Positions 48,878 to 57,059 of a DNA stretch of 57,059 nucleotides are shown here, piece after piece (position 1 is the first letter of the stretch; every line of letters begins with the position of its first letter). Location of the stretch: assembly GCA_002452555.1 (NCBI GenBank), contig DKER01000038.1, positions 1-57,059 on the forward strand, given 5' to 3'. A model generated the notes under the pieces. It was not told the origin of the DNA. It saw only the letters and a list, made by a program, of their open reading frames with translations, and did no database searches. The DNA comes from Fidelibacterota bacterium UBA6817. GTDB taxonomy: Bacteria; Fidelibacterota; Fidelibacteria; Fidelibacterales; Fidelibacteraceae. A program made the position numbers and the translations under genes.

Positions 48878-49979
48878 TCGTTTATTAAACAAAAAAATCC
48901 CATATCGTGACAGTCGTTTTGAAAAAATTCTTATGTGTGTTCTTTTATCCCTGTTCATGACTTTTTTATTCCTGCAAATGTTAACGAAGAGGCCGTCCGT
49001 GCCGGAAATACAGGAATCATTTTATTCAAAGGCCATTATTTATTTTAATGATTCAATACCTGATTATACGCTGATACATGCCAACCCGCCCGTAAAAGAT
49101 ACCCTTTGGGTTTTGGAGTTTTCATATTCATCCGAAAGGCATGTTCATGAAGATCTGTACCGTTTTGGATTGTTTTGCGGGTCCTTAAACAAATACTGTT
49201 CTGTAAAACCCGATTCTGTTTCCGACCGTATAATCCTTACCGTCAGGGATGAAAACAGAATGAAAGAAGGAATTATCCGCCTGTTTAGACAAAAAACCGA
49301 ACCTAAGGCAATAAAAGGACGAATCGTTCTGATTATTGATGATTTTGGTTATAACTACGGAACAACGGAACAGGGGTTCATGAAATTGAATCCGGCCGTT
49401 ACATTTTCTGTCATTCCCGGGCATGCATATTCCTCAAAAGTTGCTCATCTTGCTGTTAGATACGGCCATCCTGTTATGATTCATATGCCCATGGAACCTC
49501 TCAAATATCACGGGGGCGAAGAACGTTTTATTATCATGGATGGCATGGACCGTCATGAAGTGGAATATCGAATTAATAAAGCCGTTTCGGAATTGCCCAT
49601 GGCCAGGGGAATGAATAACCATATGGGATCCCGGATAACCGGATCTGTTGATATGATCAATAAAATTTCCCGCGTATTAAAAGATCTGGATCTTTTCTTT
49701 GTGGATTCCTATACCGTTAATGGAACCGTTGTTAGGAAAGTAATGAAATCCCATGGAATCCGTGTTTTTGAACGGGATATTTTTTTGGATCATGTTAATT
49801 CAGAACAGGATATACGGCGACAGTTAATAAAGCTCTCCCGGATTGCACAGAAAAAAGGGATTGCTGTCGGTATCGGACACAATCGCCCTTTAACGCTTAT
49901 GGTTTTGAGAGACATGATTCCGATATTGGAGAATGATGGATTTGAATTTGTACCTGCAGGAGATCTGATAAAGCCGTGA
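48861..49979 (+). CDS. Divergent polysaccharide deacetylase (YibQ/DUF610) with N-terminal membrane anchor
   Basis: IIDDFG, IHMPMEP, NNHMGS, FFVDS, RDIFLD, GIGH; likely start ATG 48861. Confidence 0.88.
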   Translation: MNPVFNRLLNKKIPYRDSRFEKILMCVLLSLFMTFLFLQMLTKRPSVPEIQESFYSKAIIYFNDSIPDYTLIHANPPVKDTLWVLEFSYSSERHVHEDLYRFGLFCGSLNKYCSVKPDSVSDRIILTVRDENRMKEGIIRLFRQKTEPKAIKGRIVLIIDDFGYNYGTTEQGFMKLNPAVTFSVIPGHAYSSKVAHLAVRYGHPVMIHMPMEPLKYHGGEERFIIMDGMDRHEVEYRINKAVSELPMARGMNNHMGSRITGSVDMINKISRVLKDLDLFFVDSYTVNGTVVRKVMKSHGIRVFERDIFLDHVNSEQDIRRQLIKLSRIAQKKGIAVGIGHNRPLTLMVLRDMIPILENDGFEFVPAGDLIKP

Positions 49980-50968
49980 AAAAAATAAAAGCGTTTGTTG
50001 AAGTAACCCGCGGAGACCGGGTGGAAAGTATCCACCATGCAGAAATAAGTGTATTTGACAGGGAAGGACGCGAGGTCTTTGGAACAGAAAATACAGGCCG
50101 TAAAACGTACCTTCGCTCCAGTGCAAAACCCTTTCAGGCAACAGTATTGCTGGATACGAAGACAGATCAGTTTTTTGGGATTCCCGAAGCGTGGATTGCT
50201 TTAACCTGCGCATCTCATAACGGGGAAGAAATTCATGCGGATATTGTCCGGGCCTTTCTGCAAAAAATCGGACTGGATGATTCAGCGCTTCAATGCGGGA
50301 CCCATGTGCCTTTGGTGCATACCTTTGGCGATGGTTCAGAACAAATCCGTGAATCATATTCTCCCGTATATCATAACTGTTCCGGCAAGCATACGGGCAT
50401 GCTGGCTGTTTGCAGGCACCTTGAAGAAGAAGTGCAAACATATCTGCATTTTGATCACCCGGTCCAGAAAATGATCCTGAAAAAAATTGAAGCCTATTCA
50501 GAAGAAAAAGCAATTCACCTTGCTCTGGACGGATGTACGGCGCCAGTATTTTACATATCTGTTCAGGGGATGTCCCGCATGTACCGGCACCTGGCATGCG
50601 GTTCGGACGAGAGTCTGGGGAAAATCTGGAAAATAATGACAGAAAATTCGTATCTGATCGCGGGAAAAGGCCGCTTTGATACGCAAATTATGGAAATTTG
50701 TAATGGGAAAATTGCCGCAAAGGTTGGTGCAGAGGGCGTTCAGGGCTGTGCTGTAAGACTTCCGGACGGACGGCGATTTGGCATTAATATCAAGATTCTG
50801 GACGGAAACCGCCGGGCATTGGCCTCCCTTCTTATTGAAACCCTTCTTTACCTGGAAGCACTAACAGATACGGAAATTGAATTGCTGAAACCTTTTCACC
50901 GTCCTGAACTTAAAAATTATGCAGGACGCTCTGTCGGTGAAATTCGGGCGATATTTGAAAATATTTGA
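49976..50968 (+). CDS. L-asparaginase II, Rhizobium etli AnsA type (class 3)
   Basis: RGDRVESIH, RSSAKPFQA, CASHNGE, HNCSGKH, DGCTAP, AKVGAEG, KILDG. Confidence 0.9.
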   Translation: MKKIKAFVEVTRGDRVESIHHAEISVFDREGREVFGTENTGRKTYLRSSAKPFQATVLLDTKTDQFFGIPEAWIALTCASHNGEEIHADIVRAFLQKIGLDDSALQCGTHVPLVHTFGDGSEQIRESYSPVYHNCSGKHTGMLAVCRHLEEEVQTYLHFDHPVQKMILKKIEAYSEEKAIHLALDGCTAPVFYISVQGMSRMYRHLACGSDESLGKIWKIMTENSYLIAGKGRFDTQIMEICNGKIAAKVGAEGVQGCAVRLPDGRRFGINIKILDGNRRALASLLIETLLYLEALTDTEIELLKPFHRPELKNYAGRSVGEIRAIFENI

Positions 50969-51087
50969 TGATTGAGTTCCGGTGTTGGGTTGTTTGTATT
51001 CGGTTGTTTCCAACTTTTACTTACTTTATTAATTGAAAGGTCTTATCTTAAAGGCCCGAAAATCTTTGAGAAAGAGAGGCAAATAAA

Positions 51088-53604
51088 ATGAAACATTTTT
51101 TGGTTGGATTAATGATCACTCTGATGACTGTTACCGTTTCATACGGACAGCTATTTATCAATGAAATTGACTACGACCAGCCGTCGACGGATACGGCCGA
51201 ATTTATTGAAATTGCAGGGCCGGCAGGAACTTATACCAATGTACGGCTGGAGCTTATAAGCGGACATACCGTTCCGGGTACAATGTATCGGTCTGTTGAT
51301 ATTCCATCTTTAACTTTAAGCAATGATAAAGACGGATATGGATTCTTTGTGATCGGTGCGGCTACGGTAACCAATGTTGACCTTACGCCTGCGGGATGGC
51401 CAACAACCAACATAATACAGAATGGCGCTCCGGACGGTGTCGTTCTGAAAATAAATGGTGTTATTGTTGATGCCGTTTCATACGAAGGCTCCATGAATGA
51501 CGAAAATGGAAATCCAATGGAGCTTGCTTCAACGGCAGATGTCTGGGAAGGTGATGAAGGCATGTCTTTGGGACGGATGGGCCTGAAAGGAAGCCCGTGG
51601 CAGGTTGCTGCCATTACACCGGGCGATGCAAATATTGATCAGGTTTTTGAAGATGTAAACTATCCTCCCGTTGCCCGCGCCGGTAATGACCGGACGGTTC
51701 GCGCCGGAGATGACGTCACCCTTGACGGCAGCGAGTCGTCTGATCCTGACGGATCCATTGAATCATATCTATGGACACAGATTGGCGGCACAGCCGTTTC
51801 TATTTCAAATGCAAATACAGCCGTTGCCGGTTTTGTTGCACCGTCGTCTGCCGCAAACCTTGTCTTCCAGCTGGAAGTTACGGACGATGAAGGAGCGACA
51901 GGTTTGGATACCGTGGCAATTACCGTTGTGGAAGTCACAGAATCGGCCATTATTATCAGTGAATATGTTGAAGGATCTTCCAATAATAAATATCTTGAAA
52001 TTGCCAATGTTGGAGATGAAGCCGTAGATCTGAATGCTTCCGGCTATACAATCGGACAGGCGGTTAACGGGAGCGGCAATTATTCTGATTTAAGTTTTAC
52101 GGACTGGGGTCATCTAAAAAATCTTGGCCCCGGAGAAGTAATAGTGCTTGCTGCTGACGGACATTCCGTTTATTCCTCTCCCGATACGGTTCTGATATAT
52201 CCGTCAGTTATTCACTTTAACGGCAATGACGCCGTTGCATTGTTGCAAAACGGGATTGTTGTAGATGCCGTGGGGGATCCGAATAATTCGTCTTATTTGA
52301 TTCAAGACATGACCCTTCGGCGAAAAAGTAATATTGTTTTGGGAAATCCGGTTTTTGATTTAGACGAATGGACCCAGCTGCCGATAGATGATATCAGCGG
52401 TCTGGGCATGCACGGCGGAGCAGATGCACCGGCTTTTGACAACCCTGTCCGCTCTCCTCAATTTGTGACGTCAGCAAATGAAATTGAAGTCTCAATTGAT
52501 ATTATTCCTTCTGAAAACGGCGCCGCAATTACGGGAATGGAAATTGAATTCGGTACGGGAGGAAGTTTTCTGAATAAGGTAAGCAAAGATGATACATGGT
52601 CTGACGGAAACACATGGACCGGTGCTATCCCTGCGCAAAGCGGAAATCAAAAGATCAATTACCGTTTTGTTGCCCATGATGCCGATGAAAAATCATATAC
52701 ATCCGGCGCCTTTAATGTTCTGGTCGCGTCAACCACGCCGACACCGATTTCTGAAATTCATGACAATATTTCCGCCTATGACGGGCAAATCAAAACCATC
52801 CGCGGCGTTATGACCATCGGTGTTAACATTATTCAAACAGGGCGCACCAATGCGTATGTGCAGGACAATTCCGGGAATGGTCTCAATCTTTATGATCCCG
52901 TCGCCTATCCTGATCTGGTCAGAGGCGTTGAAGTAACGGCTGTAGGCGAAGTGGATCTTTATTATACAACCATTGAGCTGAAAGATTTTGATTATAAAAT
53001 TGAAGCCGCCGGTCAGGAACTTCCCGCGCCGGCCGAAATAACCGTTGCCCAGGCAAATTCTGACGAATGGGAAGGGACGCTGATCAAAGTTACCGGAACC
53101 GTAAGTGCAATTACTCCTTATTCCAACAGCACAGCCGTGACAATCCAGGACGGGGGCAGTGGGCTGGAAGTTGTTTTCTGGAATTCCACAGGAATCGATA
53201 TTGCAGCCCTGGATGTGGAAAAAATGGCTACATTTATTGGTGTGGGCAATCAGTATGCTTCCAAGTATCAGCTTGTGGTCGGATACCAGGATGATTTTAG
53301 TGTGGTTACAGGATTGCATGATAACATTTCTGTCATACCTGAAAACTTTGAACTTTTACCAGTCTATCCGAACCCGTTTAATGCCAGGGCTGTGATTAGC
53401 TGGAAACTGCCCGAATCTGCACAGGTTACAGTGGATGTTGTCAATTTGACAGGTCGTGTTGTTGCGGTGCTTTCACAGGGTTATAATGAAGCCGGCGTGT
53501 ATTCACACATCTGGGATGCCGAAAACCTTGCTTCCGGTATTTATGTGGTAAGGATGCAGACGCAAAACAAGCGCTTTCATCAAAAACTCGTTTTACTTAA
53601 ATAA
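51088..53604 (+). CDS. Secreted LTD + PKD + LTD + Ig + tandem OB-fold protein with T9SS type A CTD
   Basis: Signal peptide. LFINEIDYD...EFIEIAG (LTD); PPVARAG...LDGSESSDPDG (PKD); IISEYVEGSSNNKYLEI...FNGNDAVAL (ExeM-type LTD); AYVQDNSGNG and EWEGTLIKV (OB-like); YPNPFN...ASGIY...KLVLLK CTD. Confidence 0.8.
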   Translation: MKHFLVGLMITLMTVTVSYGQLFINEIDYDQPSTDTAEFIEIAGPAGTYTNVRLELISGHTVPGTMYRSVDIPSLTLSNDKDGYGFFVIGAATVTNVDLTPAGWPTTNIIQNGAPDGVVLKINGVIVDAVSYEGSMNDENGNPMELASTADVWEGDEGMSLGRMGLKGSPWQVAAITPGDANIDQVFEDVNYPPVARAGNDRTVRAGDDVTLDGSESSDPDGSIESYLWTQIGGTAVSISNANTAVAGFVAPSSAANLVFQLEVTDDEGATGLDTVAITVVEVTESAIIISEYVEGSSNNKYLEIANVGDEAVDLNASGYTIGQAVNGSGNYSDLSFTDWGHLKNLGPGEVIVLAADGHSVYSSPDTVLIYPSVIHFNGNDAVALLQNGIVVDAVGDPNNSSYLIQDMTLRRKSNIVLGNPVFDLDEWTQLPIDDISGLGMHGGADAPAFDNPVRSPQFVTSANEIEVSIDIIPSENGAAITGMEIEFGTGGSFLNKVSKDDTWSDGNTWTGAIPAQSGNQKINYRFVAHDADEKSYTSGAFNVLVASTTPTPISEIHDNISAYDGQIKTIRGVMTIGVNIIQTGRTNAYVQDNSGNGLNLYDPVAYPDLVRGVEVTAVGEVDLYYTTIELKDFDYKIEAAGQELPAPAEITVAQANSDEWEGTLIKVTGTVSAITPYSNSTAVTIQDGGSGLEVVFWNSTGIDIAALDVEKMATFIGVGNQYASKYQLVVGYQDDFSVVTGLHDNISVIPENFELLPVYPNPFNARAVISWKLPESAQVTVDVVNLTGRVVAVLSQGYNEAGVYSHIWDAENLASGIYVVRMQTQNKRFHQKLVLLK

Positions 53605-53618
53605 ATGGATAGAAAATT

Positions 53619-55595
53619 ATGACAAACCGCTTTTCAGGTTTGTGGATTCTTTTACTGATTCCGGCATTGCTTTCGGCAGTGCCGGATCATCTTTATATGA
53701 CCGAACTTGTCCTGCTTCCCAATAAGGCCGAGTATGTCCAAATAACGAATCCAACAAACCAAACCATTCAGCTTGGTGATTATTATCTGACAGATGCAAC
53801 AGATACCGCCAACGGCAAGTATTACTACAACCTTCCGTCCGGTGAGGATTTCTGGTCAGGCCTTTCCTCTGATTTCGTTGCTCGTTTTCCGGATATTTCC
53901 ATTGCCCCCGGTCAATCGCTGATTGTAGGACTGGGAAGAACGTCAGATTACAGTGACGAATATGGATCAGCACCGGATTTAAGTCTGAAAAACGATATGT
54001 TGCCGGCCGGAGGGGAAGCTACGATTCCCGGTCGTTTAAACGGTTATCTGGATGACATTGCAGAAACGCTGGTTCTGTTTTACTGGGACGGTTTATCTTC
54101 AATCGTCAAGGATGTGGATTATCTGATCTGGGGCAATCGCTCTCATGCTGTGGATAAAACCAATGTTGCCGGTTATGCGCCGGATACTCCCGTTAACCAG
54201 CAAAGCGTTGCGTTGGTGCATGGCGTTGATCAGAAAATGATCCACAATGATGAAGGCAGCGAACCGGCTTCCGGAGGAAATGGTATTTCGGGTCACGACG
54301 AAACGGGCGAACCCCTGGATACCACATGGGATGTTGTGGATAAAGGGGAATCCAAGCCGACCATCGGAACCCTTCAACGAATTCCGGCAAATCCGACGAC
54401 GGTGGATACGTTAACGTTTCAGGTCTCAGTAACAGACGCGTCGGACGCAGTAACCGTTCAACTGGTTACTCGATTTGCAGGTTCAAAAACAGTCCATCCC
54501 ATGATGGCAATTTCAACCGATCAGTACCGGGCTGTTCTGGATCCGTTCACACCCAGCGGGACGTTAATCTACTATGCCAGAGCTGAAAACGCATGGGGTC
54601 TAAAAGACTCTTCCCTGACACAAAGCGTTACAATTTCCGATCCGCCCGAAGTGCTGACGATCCGGGATGTGCGGGATAATTATGATGTGTATAACGGAGA
54701 AACCGTAACGCTTCGCGGTGTAATGACCATCGGATCAGGAAAACTCAGAACAGATCGACTTTCCGCCTATTTTCAGGATGGATCAGGCCGGGGAATTAAT
54801 GTCTACCGGGCATCCATGATCGACCTGCCCCGGGGAACAGATGTGGAAATTACGGGTGAAATCACTGAATTTGGCGGCGTAAAAGAGATAGTTGTTTCGT
54901 CTTATAATATTATTGGTACTGCACCTCTGCCGGAACCATTAAATATATCCGTGGAAGTTTTAAGGAGAAATCCTCTGGAATATGAAGGGTCTTACCTTAG
55001 ACTTTCGGGCATGATCTCAAGCCGCGGCGACAATGTGGGAGGCGGTTCCAATATTGACATTGACGACGGAACCGGTTCGGTTACGATTCGTATCTGGAAC
55101 TCAACGAATGTGCTTTTGAATGAATCGGGAATTATCGTGAATGATGAACTGGACAGCCTGCTTCAGGTAGGCAATATGATCACCGTTAATTCTGTGGGAG
55201 GAGTATATAATAACAATGCACAGCTTTTGGTTGGCTATGCAGACAATTTTGCCCCCTGGATTGAAGGTGAAGATTGGGATGCCGGCGTTTCCCTGAAAAT
55301 TGCCCCCTATCCCTTTGTTCCTCAGGCAGGGGAAGTTCTGCAATATACCTTTGGATTTCCGTCCGGAGTGCGTCTGGTCCTCAGGGTTTATGATATGTCC
55401 GGACGCCATGTTGCAACACTCTTCGATGAGTTCAAAGGGCTTAGCCGTGAAATTACCCGGATCTGGAACGGCAGAGATGCCACAGATAAGCTCCTTCCCC
55501 CCGGACAATATATTATGCATCTGGAAGGAACGGACCGTTCAACAGGGAAAGTCACGTCAGACATGGCTCCATTTGTGATTGCAGTAAGATTTTAA
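53619..55595 (+). CDS. Secreted LTD + Ig + tandem OB-fold protein with FlgD-Ig type CTD
   Basis: Signal peptide. HLYMTEL...AEYVQITNPT...LGDYYLTD (LTD); AYFQDGSGRGI, EYEGSYLRL, IDDGTG (OB-like); PYPFVP...WNGRD...PGQYI CTD. Confidence 0.75.
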   Translation: MTNRFSGLWILLLIPALLSAVPDHLYMTELVLLPNKAEYVQITNPTNQTIQLGDYYLTDATDTANGKYYYNLPSGEDFWSGLSSDFVARFPDISIAPGQSLIVGLGRTSDYSDEYGSAPDLSLKNDMLPAGGEATIPGRLNGYLDDIAETLVLFYWDGLSSIVKDVDYLIWGNRSHAVDKTNVAGYAPDTPVNQQSVALVHGVDQKMIHNDEGSEPASGGNGISGHDETGEPLDTTWDVVDKGESKPTIGTLQRIPANPTTVDTLTFQVSVTDASDAVTVQLVTRFAGSKTVHPMMAISTDQYRAVLDPFTPSGTLIYYARAENAWGLKDSSLTQSVTISDPPEVLTIRDVRDNYDVYNGETVTLRGVMTIGSGKLRTDRLSAYFQDGSGRGINVYRASMIDLPRGTDVEITGEITEFGGVKEIVVSSYNIIGTAPLPEPLNISVEVLRRNPLEYEGSYLRLSGMISSRGDNVGGGSNIDIDDGTGSVTIRIWNSTNVLLNESGIIVNDELDSLLQVGNMITVNSVGGVYNNNAQLLVGYADNFAPWIEGEDWDAGVSLKIAPYPFVPQAGEVLQYTFGFPSGVRLVLRVYDMSGRHVATLFDEFKGLSREITRIWNGRDATDKLLPPGQYIMHLEGTDRSTGKVTSDMAPFVIAVRF

Positions 55596-55604
55596 GAGAG
55601 AATT

Positions 55605-56528
55605 ATGAAAAAAATAATACGATTAAAAACGACGCTGTTTCTGCTGCTGGTTTCAGGGGTTGCTTATGGTCAGGTTTTTACAGATTATTGGTACGGTTCA
55701 GCAGCAGATGCAGGCATGGGAGGATCGGGAACTGCCGTTTCAGCAGACCTCTGGAGTCCGGATGTTAATCCTGCCGGTCTTTCCGAATGGAAAACACCCG
55801 GTTTTGCTGTGGATTATTCACAACCGTTTTCCAGGGCTTTCACAAAAAACAGCCGTGCGGTACTGGCACTTCCCCTGCCCGGAAATTTTGGCGTTGTAGC
55901 GTTACGAGGATTTATGAGCAGAGTTACTTACGGGGGGAATGACCTGACGTCAGAAGCAAGTTTCGGCCTCTCTCATGCTTTCTATCTTCAAAAAGATTTG
56001 CGCTCTTCCCTCTCTGTTGGATATAATCTTAATTACCTACAGGTTGATTATGGCACAACGTCAGCCGGCGTCTCCGGTGACGGATCCGACGGCGTAAACC
56101 TGGGCTCCGGTTCAGCATGGGGAATAGACGTGGGGATGAAAGCCGGCCTCCGCTCCCGGGCATGGGCAGGGTTCTTTTTGAAAAACATTAACAATCCCGC
56201 GCTGGGAACGTCCGGGACGGCCCAAAGTGTTCCGGCCAAAATTGCAATCGGTATCGGTTATCAACCCTATTTTGGCATGACTACGACATGGGAAATTGAA
56301 AAAGTGTTGGGACGGGATGAATATCAGGTTCAGGCAGGACTGGAATATTATGTTCTGGAATGGCTTGTTTTAAGAACAGGATTGTCACACGAACCCAGCC
56401 AGCTTACCATGGGAACCGGCATAAGAACCGGATGGGTTGATGTGGATTATGCCTTGATAACACATCCGGTATTACCGTTAACACACATGTTTTCACTCAG
56501 ATTGCAGATGAACCGACAGGATCGGTGA
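55605..56528 (+). CDS. PorV/PorQ (or PorP/SprF)-like outer-membrane beta-barrel
   Basis: Signal peptide; SAADAGMGG, VNPAGL, WGIDVG, KNINNP, GLEY...LRTG, VDYA...HPVL..TH. Confidence 0.72.
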   Translation: MKKIIRLKTTLFLLLVSGVAYGQVFTDYWYGSAADAGMGGSGTAVSADLWSPDVNPAGLSEWKTPGFAVDYSQPFSRAFTKNSRAVLALPLPGNFGVVALRGFMSRVTYGGNDLTSEASFGLSHAFYLQKDLRSSLSVGYNLNYLQVDYGTTSAGVSGDGSDGVNLGSGSAWGIDVGMKAGLRSRAWAGFFLKNINNPALGTSGTAQSVPAKIAIGIGYQPYFGMTTTWEIEKVLGRDEYQVQAGLEYYVLEWLVLRTGLSHEPSQLTMGTGIRTGWVDVDYALITHPVLPLTHMFSLRLQMNRQDR

Positions 56529-56532
56529 GATC

Positions 56533-57059
56533 ATGATGAAAATGACCAGACTATTCTTACTGTTATTCTTCCTGCTTATGAGTCTGAGCGCGGCTTTTGC
56601 TGCCAAACCGGACCTGAATACCATGGAAGAGACTGACCTTTATAAACTCGGTTTATCCGATGAGGCTGTGGAGGCAATTCAAGATTTCCGTCTGTATCAC
56701 GGCGGTTTTGCCAATATTTATGAAGCATCCGGACTTCAGGGAATCAGTCATGAAGAATTTGTTATTCTGAAAAATAATGTGTCCGTCTTTCCCATTCTTT
56801 TGTCTGAAAAGGAACAGCGTCTTGAAGACAGTTATTATCAACTTGAACGCATGGCTTTTTCCGAAGGCTCGTCAGAGGGACTGGTTGAAGAATGGATCCG
56901 TTTGCTGAGTTCGCCCAAAAATGTGAATCGGATGAATTATTACGATCTGATGAATCTGCCGGGTGTATCTCCCATTGATGCCGTAGCTGTTGAAAAATTC
57001 AAAGCGACTGAGCAGGAAATTAAATCTGCCCGGGATTTAAGGGGCATTGACGGATTATC
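56533..57059 (+). CDS. Secreted ComEA-type helix-hairpin-helix repeat protein, 5' part (runs off window)
   Basis: Not in ORF track; open from ATG 56533 to the window end. Signal peptide MMKMTRLFLLLFFLLMSLSAAFA, then DLNTMEETDLYKLGLS...AIQDFRLYHGGFANIYE...GIS and NVNRMNYYDLMNLPGVSPIDA...IKSARDLRGIDGL, i.e. two ComEA/HHH_3-like domains. Confidence 0.8.
   Translation, partial: MMKMTRLFLLLFFLLMSLSAAFAAKPDLNTMEETDLYKLGLSDEAVEAIQDFRLYHGGFANIYEASGLQGISHEEFVILKNNVSVFPILLSEKEQRLEDSYYQLERMAFSEGSSEGLVEEWIRLLSSPKNVNRMNYYDLMNLPGVSPIDAVAVEKFKATEQEIKSARDLRGIDGL

Noticed and set aside
49890-50597. 235-aa minus-strand ORF
   Set aside because: Lies antisense to the well-supported asparaginase and deacetylase genes; no family features.

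Overview
Chromosomal replication-origin region of a Gram-negative bacterium. It is probably an FCB-superphylum lineage outside Bacteroidota (inference: T9SS-type SprA, PorV and CTD proteins occur alongside Shine-Dalgarno sites and TTGACA-type promoters). Left half, almost all minus strand: rpmH-rnpA-yidD-yidC-mnmE-mnmG-mfd, three SurA-type foldases, then dnaN-recF-dciA-gyrB-gyrA, yggS, a PNP-like fragment, ssb, Nudix, DUF2225-like, eIF-2B-like, CPBP, DUF3108-like and a degenerate penicillin-acylase homologue, with a peroxiredoxin, rpmE and a partial DUF1385 gene at the edge. dnaA lies 13 kb from dnaN and on the opposite strand. DnaA boxes occur at both places, and two parS palindromes bracket mnmG. 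Right half, mostly plus strand: dnaA, a bcp with an in-frame TGA, a second ssb, a ParB-like plus SPL-like radical SAM pair, MATE, rdgB and a large sprA-led T9SS-like operon. The window ends in a locus of two secreted LTD/OB-fold proteins, a PorV-like barrel and a secreted ComEA-type HhH protein (candidate extracellular DNA-capture system). No rRNA, tRNA, CRISPR array or mobile element was recognised. All family calls are by eye from motifs; no database searches were run.
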